DNA of 64,000 nt, taken from positions 208,577 to 272,576 of the IMG/VR virus record IMGVR_UViG_3300023174_000042; one strand, given 5' to 3'. This document shows, in pieces, positions 28,364-37,679 of this stretch. Numbering within the stretch: position 1 is the stretch's first letter; the number at the start of each line of letters is the position of its first letter. Below the pieces are notes generated by a model. It was given only the letters and a program-made list of their open reading frames with translations, did no database searches and was not told where the DNA came from. A program made the translations under genes and the position numbers.

Positions 28364-28755
28364 AAAAATAAATGAAATCCTCCGTTTAGTATTTGTTCAA
28401 CATTTTGATCATATCTTTTATTGAACCAATCAACTACCATTTGTTTATTAGGGATATAATCCATAATTGTGTTATATATATCTTCTCTAATATACAAACT
28501 TTTTGGATTTTCAATCGGCATAATTCTACTTTGTGGGTCATCTGAATCCCAATAGGAACTTTTAAATGGTTCTACAACTCTAAAGAGCATTTTTTTTAGA
28601 TGAGGATTATAATACCCAACACTAGTTTTATGAAAACTCCAAGGGTCTTTAATAACGTGAGATTCCAAATTATCTAAGTCCAAGTCAGAAAACATGGAGT
28701 CAAAGAATTTCTCAATAAGTGTTTCGTTAATAATTCTTTTAATTATATGATCCAT
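28360..28755 (-). CDS. leader-bearing hypothetical protein
   Basis: MDHIIKRIINE. Confidence 0.75.
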   Translation of the reverse strand: MDHIIKRIINETLIEKFFDSMFSDLDLDNLESHVIKDPWSFHKTSVGYYNPHLKKMLFRVVEPFKSSYWDSDDPQSRIMPIENPKSLYIREDIYNTIMDYIPNKQMVVDWFNKRYDQNVEQILNGGFHLFL

Positions 28756-28840
28756 AATGATAAATAGTTAGGATTTTCTAAAATTTTTTCTGGAAATTTT
28801 TTTTCAGTATTTGACCATAATTGAAATGGGGGGTCATGTT

Positions 28841-29260
28841 TTAGAAATCCTCTTCTTTAAAATACATATCAATAATATCTGAGAATCTTAAACCCATTAT
28901 TGCGATTCCAAGTTGTTCGGGTATTTCATTTTCAATATATATATTTCCATTCTCATCAATAAACTTCTCATGATCCCCCACATCTAAATAAAGATATTTT
29001 TTCCCGTCAAGTTCAAAAAGATACATAGGTCCATATTTGTTTAAATAACGATTAATCAATCCAGGTGAAATATATCCAGCAAATTCCATTGGAATATCAT
29101 AAGTTGAGGTTATTTGTTGAATGCCATTTGTAAAATCAATACCCAACTTGTTTTTTAAAAACTTTTTGTTTTTTTCTAACATAGAGTCATTTTCACTAAT
29201 CACTCGTTTAACGAGGTTAGTTAATTGTCCGTATTGATCTTCAGTTATAATGATTTTCAT
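28841..29260 (-). CDS. leader-bearing protein; paralog of one module of the 1018-aa polyprotein
   Basis: MKIIITEDQY..VKRVISE; EKNKKFLKNKLGIDF. Confidence 0.8.
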   Translation of the reverse strand: MKIIITEDQYGQLTNLVKRVISENDSMLEKNKKFLKNKLGIDFTNGIQQITSTYDIPMEFAGYISPGLINRYLNKYGPMYLFELDGKKYLYLDVGDHEKFIDENGNIYIENEIPEQLGIAIMGLRFSDIIDMYFKEEDF

Positions 29261-29333
29261 ATTAGATAAATATAATGGAAAATAAAAAACCCCACTCTTA
29301 TGAAGATGGGGGTTTAGTAATAACAATATGTTT

Positions 29334-29765
29334 TTAATTTAGTCCTTTAATTATTTTTTTTACTGTTGAGATAACATTTTGTGGGTTTGAGTAGTCTAAT
29401 GTAAGGTCGTCTGTATAATATTTACCGTCAAAACTAGGAGATTTACCGGTTAATGTTTCGTATGCATCGGCTGTGTCCTCGTCTTGAGTTCCAAACTTTA
29501 ATCTTTGGTCATCTGAGGATACGCTAATACCCCATGGTTTTTTTTTCCCTGCATCACTATGGTTTCCCCAATTTAATGATGTGATTTTTTTTCCTTCATA
29601 CGTAAAAGGAATTATTTTTGGGCTATTTCCTGATACATCGGTAAATGATTTTAAACCCGAATAAATAATTGGCCAATTATCAGTAGCACCTTTCATTTCT
29701 TCTTTAATAACTCTTTTAACAATTCTTGCTAAATCCGATTCTGTTAATCTTATAATTCTTTTCAT
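29334..29765 (-). CDS. leader-bearing cassette protein
   Basis: MKRIIRLTESDLARIVKRVIKEEM. Confidence 0.8.
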   Translation of the reverse strand: MKRIIRLTESDLARIVKRVIKEEMKGATDNWPIIYSGLKSFTDVSGNSPKIIPFTYEGKKITSLNWGNHSDAGKKKPWGISVSSDDQRLKFGTQDEDTADAYETLTGKSPSFDGKYYTDDLTLDYSNPQNVISTVKKIIKGLN

Positions 29766-30118
29766 AACTTTATTTTTTTTTATTATTTATTTATAAATAT
29801 ATCAATCAAAAAAAAAAAAAAAGATTTTTTTATAAAAATTTTTCCATAAATTTTTTTGTGAATACTTTATAGAGGGGATTGAACCCCCCTTTGCCCCTGA
29901 CAGAAAGTCACTTATGGGGGGGATACGGTAGGGGGGAGGGGGGTATATAATAAGGTAGGGGCCTATGCCAAACAAGAAGGGAGGGGATATGTAGGAAGGG
30001 GTTTTTATTAAAAGTTATAAACAATAAAGCATAAAAAAATTCCCCATCTATTAGAAAGAGATTAGATTTAAAGATCCCCTCGTTTGAGAATCATATGTAA
30101 TGTTGTTTTAAAAACCTC

Positions 30119-30210
30119 ATCTTATTTTTTACGTATCACTTGGATGACTAAATAACTAATTCCCAACTCCACTGGCGTGTCGGTCTTCGACACCGTGGGG
30201 AAAATAAGAT
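30119..30210 (-). ncRNA. putative three-way-junction RNA behind a TATTTAT motif
   Basis: 10-bp closing stem, GTGTCG/CGACAC hairpin, TATTTAT 8 nt upstream, no ORF. Confidence 0.45.
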
Positions 30211-30396
30211 TTCTATTAATAAATATATTATTGTTTTAAAAAAGATCAATGGTTTATTTGTTTATGTCAATTTTTTTATCTACCTTTATAATGACACTAA
30301 AAATAAAGGTTAAGTCGGGCTTGAGAGAACAACAAGATGGAGCTTCCATCAGAGGCAGCCTCTCTTATAATGTTTATTGTTAATCCCCAATGTTTT

Positions 30397-30705
30397 TTAC
30401 TGATTGTAGTTTTGAACTTGAGATAGTGAGTGATCACGTATTAGTTTATTAACTTCTTGAAGATTCTCACTTGACAGTGGGGAATTTAAGTGAATGAATT
30501 CTATAACATCCCCCATGTCTGTATTAGTAAGTAACAATGCTTTTTGTTTAAATCTTTTAACAGTCCCAAACAATTTTGGAGAATTATTTACATCAATTAG
30601 TTTATATTCACAATAACCTGTCAGTGTGTCATGTTTATAATTGACAAATATGGAACCATTATTTTCACTAACCTCTGTATCGAACTTTTCTATCAGGTGT
30701 ATCAT
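30397..30705 (-). CDS. hypothetical protein
   Basis: 102-aa ORF inside non-coding region. Confidence 0.5.
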   Translation of the reverse strand: MIHLIEKFDTEVSENNGSIFVNYKHDTLTGYCEYKLIDVNNSPKLFGTVKRFKQKALLLTNTDMGDVIEFIHLNSPLSSENLQEVNKLIRDHSLSQVQNYNQ

Positions 30706-31453
30706 TAAAGTTGGTTTTTAATATTATTTTTTTATTAAATACTTGAATATGTCAAAATGTCAGTCGGAGGGTTGAACACGACACAATCCCCTTCCCCACT
30801 TTTTTACCACAAACTCCCACAATAATCTACCACTATTTCCCACCATAATTGGTCCTGTTGCTATACTGAGAACAAAAAAATCCCTTTTCTTGCTATCTAC
30901 AGGACCACTTTTTTTACTACTCATGTTTTCCAGCTAAAAAAGTATAGTTATAGAACAAAGTGCGTGTATAGTCCTTTAGGACGTTAGAATACAACTTCAA
31001 CGACCACTTTAGTGATTTATTAAACCCCAACTTAGTGTCTTACTTAGATCCAACTTAACCTTCGACCCACAAATTATAGACACTTAATTAGACTTGTAAA
31101 CCACTTAATTATTCATATTCATCTTATGTCTATTGACATATAAATAATATAAAACATAAGTTACTAATTGATCTACTAAAACAAAGTGGTAGTAAGTGGG
31201 AACCACAATATATAAAACTTTATAAATAGATCACAAATTAGTCTTCTTTATTTCTGTCACTCTTTAATGGGGGTCTTTAATTTTGGTGGGGGGATTACAT
31301 TACTGTTTAATATATGTGGTAATTAGTGGGACATATCTTTTATAGAAATGTAAGAGTATAAGATAAATTTATGAGGTGAATTCTGAAACGGAGTGTAACG
31401 TAGTGAAAGACTATGAACCGAATGAATTGATCATATACTCTTACAATTACTTG

Positions 31454-32329
31454 TCATACAAAATATAACCTTAAATATTCTGATCTTATTGTATCTATGA
31501 TTGGGTAACCGCCAATTGAAGAAATTATAAGTTCTAATTCATTGTTTAAATCATTAAGTTCTCCTTTTTTTACGATTTCTCCTAGTAAAACTGGATTTTC
31601 GTCTTCCCATCCGCTGTTTGAAGGAAAAGGTTTATATTCATGATACTCTCTCCACCGTTTTTCTCCCCACTTTTCATCTACTTTTAATTTGCCGTGAATT
31701 GTTATTTTATGAAAGAATTCATCATAACTAATATGATTTATTTCTATTTTTTTAAACCACTTAAATTTTTTTGGTATTATTTTATTTATTACCGTTTCTA
31801 CATTAAAATCTTCTTCTGAATTTTTGGCTTCTTTTAATGTTTTATTTTTTTTTTTAACACAATTAGGGTATCTTTTACCAAACATAGTTTTCATTCCTTT
31901 TTGAGTATATCCTTTCCAACATTTTTCTGTAAGTTCGCCTTCTTTCATTTCTTGTTGGTTATCAGACATACTTCCCACTATTTGATTATATCTTTCTTTT
32001 ATTCTACTACCATAATGTCTAAGAAGTGGTTTTCTAATTTTATCATAATAGAAATCGTCGTCCTCAAAATATATACGGTTATCATTGGTGAAATAATCTT
32101 GTTCTAAATATGTTACCATCTCGTCAATAACAAATTTCGCAAATAACCATAGAGTGGTTCCTTTTTCTTTATATATAACAGAATTTGGGTTTTCCATTGA
32201 TTCACTCATTCTATCTAATGCGGATTCAAATGCCTCTTCTATAATTTCAGTTGATATTCTTCTTATAATAACAGGAGGTATATGTGTTTCTTCTCTTAAT
32301 ACTTTTCTGATATGTTCTTGTAGGTTCAT
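31454..32329 (-). CDS. leader-bearing three-module protein including CWKGY..PNCV peptide
   Basis: MNLQEHIRKVLREE; LTE-KCWKGY..NCVK..TLKE. Confidence 0.8.
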   Translation of the reverse strand: MNLQEHIRKVLREETHIPPVIIRRISTEIIEEAFESALDRMSESMENPNSVIYKEKGTTLWLFAKFVIDEMVTYLEQDYFTNDNRIYFEDDDFYYDKIRKPLLRHYGSRIKERYNQIVGSMSDNQQEMKEGELTEKCWKGYTQKGMKTMFGKRYPNCVKKKNKTLKEAKNSEEDFNVETVINKIIPKKFKWFKKIEINHISYDEFFHKITIHGKLKVDEKWGEKRWREYHEYKPFPSNSGWEDENPVLLGEIVKKGELNDLNNELELIISSIGGYPIIDTIRSEYLRLYFV

Positions 32330-32330
32330 A

Positions 32331-32768
32331 TTAACAATCTCCTATACCATAAAAAATGCAGTCAATAAGTTCTGCATCATTTTTATCCCATATATAAACC
32401 ATAGAATCATTATCATTCATTCTATCCCTACATAATCTATGGTGTCCATCTACTACAATTAGTTTTCCCTTGTGTTTGTATAAATGAATATCTTTTTTAT
32501 CATATGTTTCATCGGACATATCATTTACGTAGTCCATATTAATATCTTTTTGAAGACTATAAACTTTTTTTGTTGGTGACAATCTTTGTTTTTTTGGGTT
32601 AAGTGTGTGTATTAATTCATCACTATCATTTACCACCATATCAAAAATGTTTGTGGATTCTAAATCTTTTTTTAATTCAGGTTCGTATATAATTCCACAG
32701 TCTTTATGACTTTCGGTTATCATCCACATCATTGATTTCATTCTTGATATTTGTTCTTGTAGATTCAT
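32331..32768 (-). CDS. leader-bearing ParB/sulfiredoxin-like domain protein
   Basis: MNLQEQISRMK..ITE; IVVDGHHRL. Confidence 0.7.
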   Translation of the reverse strand: MNLQEQISRMKSMMWMITESHKDCGIIYEPELKKDLESTNIFDMVVNDSDELIHTLNPKKQRLSPTKKVYSLQKDINMDYVNDMSDETYDKKDIHLYKHKGKLIVVDGHHRLCRDRMNDNDSMVYIWDKNDAELIDCIFYGIGDC

Positions 32769-32769
32769 A

Positions 32770-33366
32770 TTATAAATCACTTTTAACCATATTATAGAAA
32801 TACTCACTAACCTTTTCAGGTGAGTTTATATTCATTCTTCTCATTTGATTTTTATGTTGTTGAACCATCATAGATACTTGTTGTATTGGAAGGTTCTTAT
32901 ACATTTGTGGTGATCTAAAATTTTTACTTATCAGATCTTTTTTTTGTAGTTGTCTTATTTTTCTTCCTGCGAACTCATCGGCAACTTCTTCTGTATGTTT
33001 CATAAAGTCGGCAGCTTCCTCATTGGATAGTTCCCCAATATAACAATCATACATTATATTTTCACCATACTTTTTAAATTGATATTGGTGAGAAATCTCG
33101 TGGAAGATAACAAATAACGCATCTTCCAATCTACGACTAAGAATTTGTTTGTTGATCAAAACAACATCGTGTAATGCCAAACCTAAAACAGGTATTTTGA
33201 AATTGGAAAACTCAATTTTTTTACAATCTGAATTCTCAATAAATTTAACAACCTCATCTTTTAACTCATCTGAAATATTAAAAGCATCGGACAACTCATT
33301 TATAAAACTTGATATTCCTTCAGTTTCTTCCTTTAATATTCTTCTTATTTGTTCTTGTAGGTTCAT
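32770..33366 (-). CDS. leader-bearing putative zinc metallopeptidase
   Basis: MNLQEQIRRILKEE; HEISHQYQ...EEVADEFA. Confidence 0.7.
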   Translation of the reverse strand: MNLQEQIRRILKEETEGISSFINELSDAFNISDELKDEVVKFIENSDCKKIEFSNFKIPVLGLALHDVVLINKQILSRRLEDALFVIFHEISHQYQFKKYGENIMYDCYIGELSNEEAADFMKHTEEVADEFAGRKIRQLQKKDLISKNFRSPQMYKNLPIQQVSMMVQQHKNQMRRMNINSPEKVSEYFYNMVKSDL

Positions 33367-33379
33367 ATCAAATAAATAT

Positions 33380-33637
33380 CTAAAAAACTTTAAATTGACA
33401 GGTGATATAAAAATCAAATGGAAACATATTTGACATATCTTCTTCTAATTGTTTTAGTATATTCAACTCTCTTCCTTTTGTTCCAAAAAACTTATGAGCT
33501 TTTTGTGCTGTATTGCAGTGCAAAGTAATAAAAACAATTTTTTGATTGTCGTTATATCTAAATTTTAAATCATCATAATCATGTGGAACAATTAACTTAA
33601 AATAATCTAATATGACTTTATCTAATTTATTTTCCAT
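33380..33637 (-). CDS. hypothetical protein (possible KH-like GxxG)
   Basis: FFGTKGREL. Confidence 0.55.
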   Translation of the reverse strand: MENKLDKVILDYFKLIVPHDYDDLKFRYNDNQKIVFITLHCNTAQKAHKFFGTKGRELNILKQLEEDMSNMFPFDFYITCQFKVF

Positions 33638-33924
33638 GATCCATATTTGTATTCTTTAATTATTGGTTTTATATCAATCTTTGGATAATTTATATATTCA
33701 ACCAATAATTTAACTTTAAAATTAGGTAAGTATTTTTTTATTTGAACTCTGACATATCTAATGTCATCTTCGCTATTGTATTTTGCGTTATCGTATTTTA
33801 TATTACTAAATTTAAGATCGTTAGTTAACACAATTTTATATGATCCATCTTCTTGTAAAGAAATTTGCATAGGTATATCAACGTCATCAAACAAGGATTC
33901 TATATATTTGGTTAAGTCTTTCAT
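33622..33924 (-). CDS. hypothetical protein
   Basis: 100-aa ORF. Confidence 0.6.
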   Translation of the reverse strand: MKDLTKYIESLFDDVDIPMQISLQEDGSYKIVLTNDLKFSNIKYDNAKYNSEDDIRYVRVQIKKYLPNFKVKLLVEYINYPKIDIKPIIKEYKYGSWKIN

Positions 33925-34030
33925 TATTGCTAAAATAAAAAAAATCCCCCAATTTTACAAGTGGAGGAATATAGTTATTTATCTTTTATTTTTTTGAAAC
34001 AAAAAAAATATTTCTTTACTGAAATTTATT

Positions 34031-34594
34031 TTAACTATCACGATCAAAATGATTTTTTATTTTTTGATAAGTTTTAGGAGAAAGAACCCATGAAATATTT
34101 TCCACCACATCTTCGGGTAACTCTTCTTCCATTTTATTATTTATTTCAGTATTTAAATAAGCCTTTATTCCATCAATAGAAAACCATTTAATATCGTCTT
34201 CATTAAAGTTTGATGTCATTCCGTATAAAACATCTATTTTTTGATTTTTAGGTAAGTTTTCCACATTCGGTAAATCGATATATTCTGATGTTAAATTTTC
34301 AATTAATTTATTAACTTCATCACATCTAACTTTTTTTACGTTACAATATTTTAGAATTTTTGATACTTCATCTTCATCAAGATCAAATGGATACTTATAT
34401 TTTTTTGATACATTTGTTCCATACTTTTGATCAAATTCTAATGCTGGTTTGCTATTAACATCAATCCAAGTTTCTTCATCCCAACTTGGTAAATCATCTT
34501 TTTTTGTTTTAAATAGATTTGAAACAAAATCAAAAATTCCTTCATTTAATCCCATTAACTCTCGGGTCCTTTTTAATTCTTCATTTAAATTCAT
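34031..34594 (-). CDS. leader-bearing hypothetical protein
   Basis: MNLNEELKRTRELMGLNE; start reassigned. Confidence 0.75.
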   Translation of the reverse strand: MNLNEELKRTRELMGLNEGIFDFVSNLFKTKKDDLPSWDEETWIDVNSKPALEFDQKYGTNVSKKYKYPFDLDEDEVSKILKYCNVKKVRCDEVNKLIENLTSEYIDLPNVENLPKNQKIDVLYGMTSNFNEDDIKWFSIDGIKAYLNTEINNKMEEELPEDVVENISWVLSPKTYQKIKNHFDRDS

Positions 34595-34622
34595 AACAAT
34601 AAATATCTTTAAAATTATTAAA

Positions 34623-37600
34623 CTAATCCCAATAACCAATTTGAATTGTTTCCATCATCCAAGAAAGAATTGATAATAACTCTTCATTAGTTAAGCTGTT
34701 AATTGTTGTTAGGTATTGGTCTTTTGTTATCCTCTGACCATAATTATCTTCATAATATTCCCATATTTCAACAGCAATTTGGTCGCTATCTTGAACCATA
34801 ATATCATAAATTAATTTGGTATTACTTAGTCGTATTTTTAGACCAAAAAGAGAACCACTATTTTTACTACTCATCCCATCATGTTCTAAAACATATTCTC
34901 TAATATATTGTTTAATTATTTTTTTTGGATTGTCTATTTTATTTAAAATTGATTTGACTTGATTGAAGTCTAATCCTGACATTTCAATAAAGTTGTATAA
35001 TCCGTCTTTTTCTATAATTTTTTGTAATGATTGTTTTTTATTATCCGATTCATTTATATTTTTATCAAAATGTATGTGATATTTGAAATTAAGTGGAAAT
35101 ATATCAAGATCCTCCATAACTTGTTTTCCTACTTTTTTAATAACTGAGTTAATTCCACCACCCAATTTGACGGACTCAACTGGATCAAAAAATATATTTA
35201 CAATAACATCATCAAATTGTTCATCGTAATATAACATGAATTTTTTTACACTCAGATATTCGTTGGAGTTTAAATAATCTTCTACATTTTGAATCAATTT
35301 ATTAAACTTTCTTTCTTGTTTAGATTCGTCAGATTCGTTTATAACATTACCTTCATCATCATATTTTATTTTTTGAACATCAATATAAAGGTCTGCATTT
35401 TTATATTTCCAATCCCAACCGTAACCCCACCATGGAGATAAAATAACACCATCTCCTGTCAGTTCCATAATTTCATCTATTATTTTATGTGTAAACCAAT
35501 TATCGTAGTTTGCTGCGGTATCTTCCACATCATGAAAGACTTTGATAAGTGGTTTTCCTTGATAATTTGTATCGACTTCAATAAATTCAACCTCATCAAA
35601 AAGATTATAAATCATTTCTTTTACTAACTTAAGTTTTTTATCTTCTGATTTATTTTCTGATTCCATCAAATCATCTATTTTTTGACATTTTGTTGTGTCA
35701 TACGCTAAATAAAGATTATCAACAATTGGAAAAAAATCTTTTATCATTTTTTTTATCTCGGTTCTTGTTTCGTGAAATGTAAAAGGTCTAAATTTGTTTT
35801 TTTTGTATTTTAGAATCAATCTTAAAGAAGGTTTTTCAGAATATTTTGAATCAAAAAAACTATCTATTTCAATCCCACATAACAATTCTTTATCAACGAC
35901 ACTGTATACCATGTCATTTAAAAGTTTTTCATATTTTGAAAAGTCATTATGTTCAAATTTACTTTCTGATTCCACAAGTTCTGAATCTTCCCTTAATGTT
36001 CTTCTATTAGGTGAATCTTCAGGCCAAGAATTTAAAATATCTTCACTACTTCCTGTCCCTTCATATTTTAAAGTTATCGCCTCTTTTGGGATATCTTGAA
36101 ATGTTACAATATGTTTTGACCTTGACTCAAAATGTCTATCTTTAAACCATTTAACATCTGGAATCTTTGTTGTGTCAATAAACCAAATGTCGTCATCATA
36201 TGTTGAATCAAACCAAGCTCTTTTGTTTGTTGAGTTGGTTGCAAAAATTGCTGGTTTACATTTAACCCCATAACCCACATATATTTTATAACATTCTCCG
36301 GCTCTTACTTTAAGACCGTTTTCCATTATCTTATCTCTGAACTTTGGATTGGATTTATGGACAACAATCTGATTGGGTTTTACTTCTTTACCCGCCGGAC
36401 TATAATCTTCGTTTTCGTTTAATACTTCATCAGAATTTTCTTCATTAAAAAATAAATCCACAATAGTTTTAAGTGAAATTCCTGTGTGGTCAATTTTAAT
36501 TTTTTCTGTATATTCTCGGTCTGTATAATTTAAACCGTCTTCACTATCTATAACTAAACCTTCATCACCATTACCCGTAATATATAAAGGATTGTATAAG
36601 ATATATTCTTTATTAATTTTCATTAGATAACAAGGACCATGATTGTTCATAAATCGGTTTAACCAATCATTTGAAATAAAATTAAAAGTTTGCCACGGTA
36701 AATCCCAAGCACTTTGAACTAATTCTATTTTACCATCGAAATCAATTCCTAATTTGTTTTTTATAAAATTCTTATTTTTTTCTTCTAACTTATTTTCATT
36801 TAAAAAACTATTTTCTTCTTCATTACAGTTCGAAGTTTGTTCTCCACGAACACCAATTACTACTCCTGTATAAGTTGCAATTTCTTTTGAAATGTCATCT
36901 AAAACTTCAATATACATGTTTCTTATACCTTGTGTCATGGGCCAAAGTTTTGTTCCGTAACCTCCAATAAATAAAACTGTAACTTCAGGTATATTAAAAA
37001 CTTCGTTTAATGTGATTTCATAAGAACAAATGATATGATTATATTCAGGAAGTATTAGGTCTTCCATAATCATTTTTGTTATTTTTAAAAGTTTTTTTAA
37101 ATCCTTTTCACTTTTGTTTGAACTTTCATTTAAACTTTCAGATTCACCATAAAGTTTGTTGTGTATTCTTATCACATCTTTTTTTGAAAAAGAATATTCA
37201 TCCTCATGTATATCGACATCTTTTCCGTTTATTTGTTTAATATCAAAATAATTGGAGTCTTTAAAATTAAGTGTTTTTGTTTTTATTTTTCCTGTGGTAT
37301 TATCGTTTTGAATTACGGCGATTATGGATTTTAAAGTTTCATTTTCACTTGGACTTAATTTATCTTCGTCATAAATAAGATTTAATTCAGGCCAAGAATT
37401 TGTTTCCGATATATTTTTTCTAATGTTTATTATTTCATACTGAAGTGGAAATACGATAGGTTTTGGGTCTCTGAAATAATCATATACTGAAAAATCAACA
37501 ACACCTGTTAAATCATCTAATATTTCAGAAAATTCAGGATCATTCTTGAATGCTTTTTTGAGGTTTTTTAATCCTCCAACCATGTCAATAGCATCAAAGA

Positions 37601-37679
37601 TACCATTATCTTCAATAACTTGTTTCAACTCTTGTTGGAGTCTATTTTCTTTTAAGATATGTCTAATCAGTTCTCTCAT
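34623..37679 (-). CDS. leader-bearing modular polyprotein (~8 modules joined by I/L-x-E linkers), includes ART-fold-like module
   Basis: MRELIRHILKE; linkers SLNES, FLNEN, VLNEN, LVES, LMES, VINES, NINES. Confidence 0.8.
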   Translation of the reverse strand: MRELIRHILKENRLQQELKQVIEDNGIFDAIDMVGGLKNLKKAFKNDPEFSEILDDLTGVVDFSVYDYFRDPKPIVFPLQYEIINIRKNISETNSWPELNLIYDEDKLSPSENETLKSIIAVIQNDNTTGKIKTKTLNFKDSNYFDIKQINGKDVDIHEDEYSFSKKDVIRIHNKLYGESESLNESSNKSEKDLKKLLKITKMIMEDLILPEYNHIICSYEITLNEVFNIPEVTVLFIGGYGTKLWPMTQGIRNMYIEVLDDISKEIATYTGVVIGVRGEQTSNCNEEENSFLNENKLEEKNKNFIKNKLGIDFDGKIELVQSAWDLPWQTFNFISNDWLNRFMNNHGPCYLMKINKEYILYNPLYITGNGDEGLVIDSEDGLNYTDREYTEKIKIDHTGISLKTIVDLFFNEENSDEVLNENEDYSPAGKEVKPNQIVVHKSNPKFRDKIMENGLKVRAGECYKIYVGYGVKCKPAIFATNSTNKRAWFDSTYDDDIWFIDTTKIPDVKWFKDRHFESRSKHIVTFQDIPKEAITLKYEGTGSSEDILNSWPEDSPNRRTLREDSELVESESKFEHNDFSKYEKLLNDMVYSVVDKELLCGIEIDSFFDSKYSEKPSLRLILKYKKNKFRPFTFHETRTEIKKMIKDFFPIVDNLYLAYDTTKCQKIDDLMESENKSEDKKLKLVKEMIYNLFDEVEFIEVDTNYQGKPLIKVFHDVEDTAANYDNWFTHKIIDEIMELTGDGVILSPWWGYGWDWKYKNADLYIDVQKIKYDDEGNVINESDESKQERKFNKLIQNVEDYLNSNEYLSVKKFMLYYDEQFDDVIVNIFFDPVESVKLGGGINSVIKKVGKQVMEDLDIFPLNFKYHIHFDKNINESDNKKQSLQKIIEKDGLYNFIEMSGLDFNQVKSILNKIDNPKKIIKQYIREYVLEHDGMSSKNSGSLFGLKIRLSNTKLIYDIMVQDSDQIAVEIWEYYEDNYGQRITKDQYLTTINSLTNEELLSILSWMMETIQIGYWD

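Larger units (their letters stand above)
29850..31450. other. mostly non-coding control region (candidate origin or packaging/terminus region)
   Basis: G tracts, phased CCAC repeats in both orientations, several long hairpins, local skew switches. Confidence 0.45.

Noticed and set aside
24394-29845. Repeats as a CRISPR array
   Set aside because: Repeats are long, irregularly spaced and separated by whole genes; no cas genes.
30292-30384. 30-codon ORF (+) containing two palindromes
   Set aside because: Too short to support; cannot distinguish from non-coding structure.
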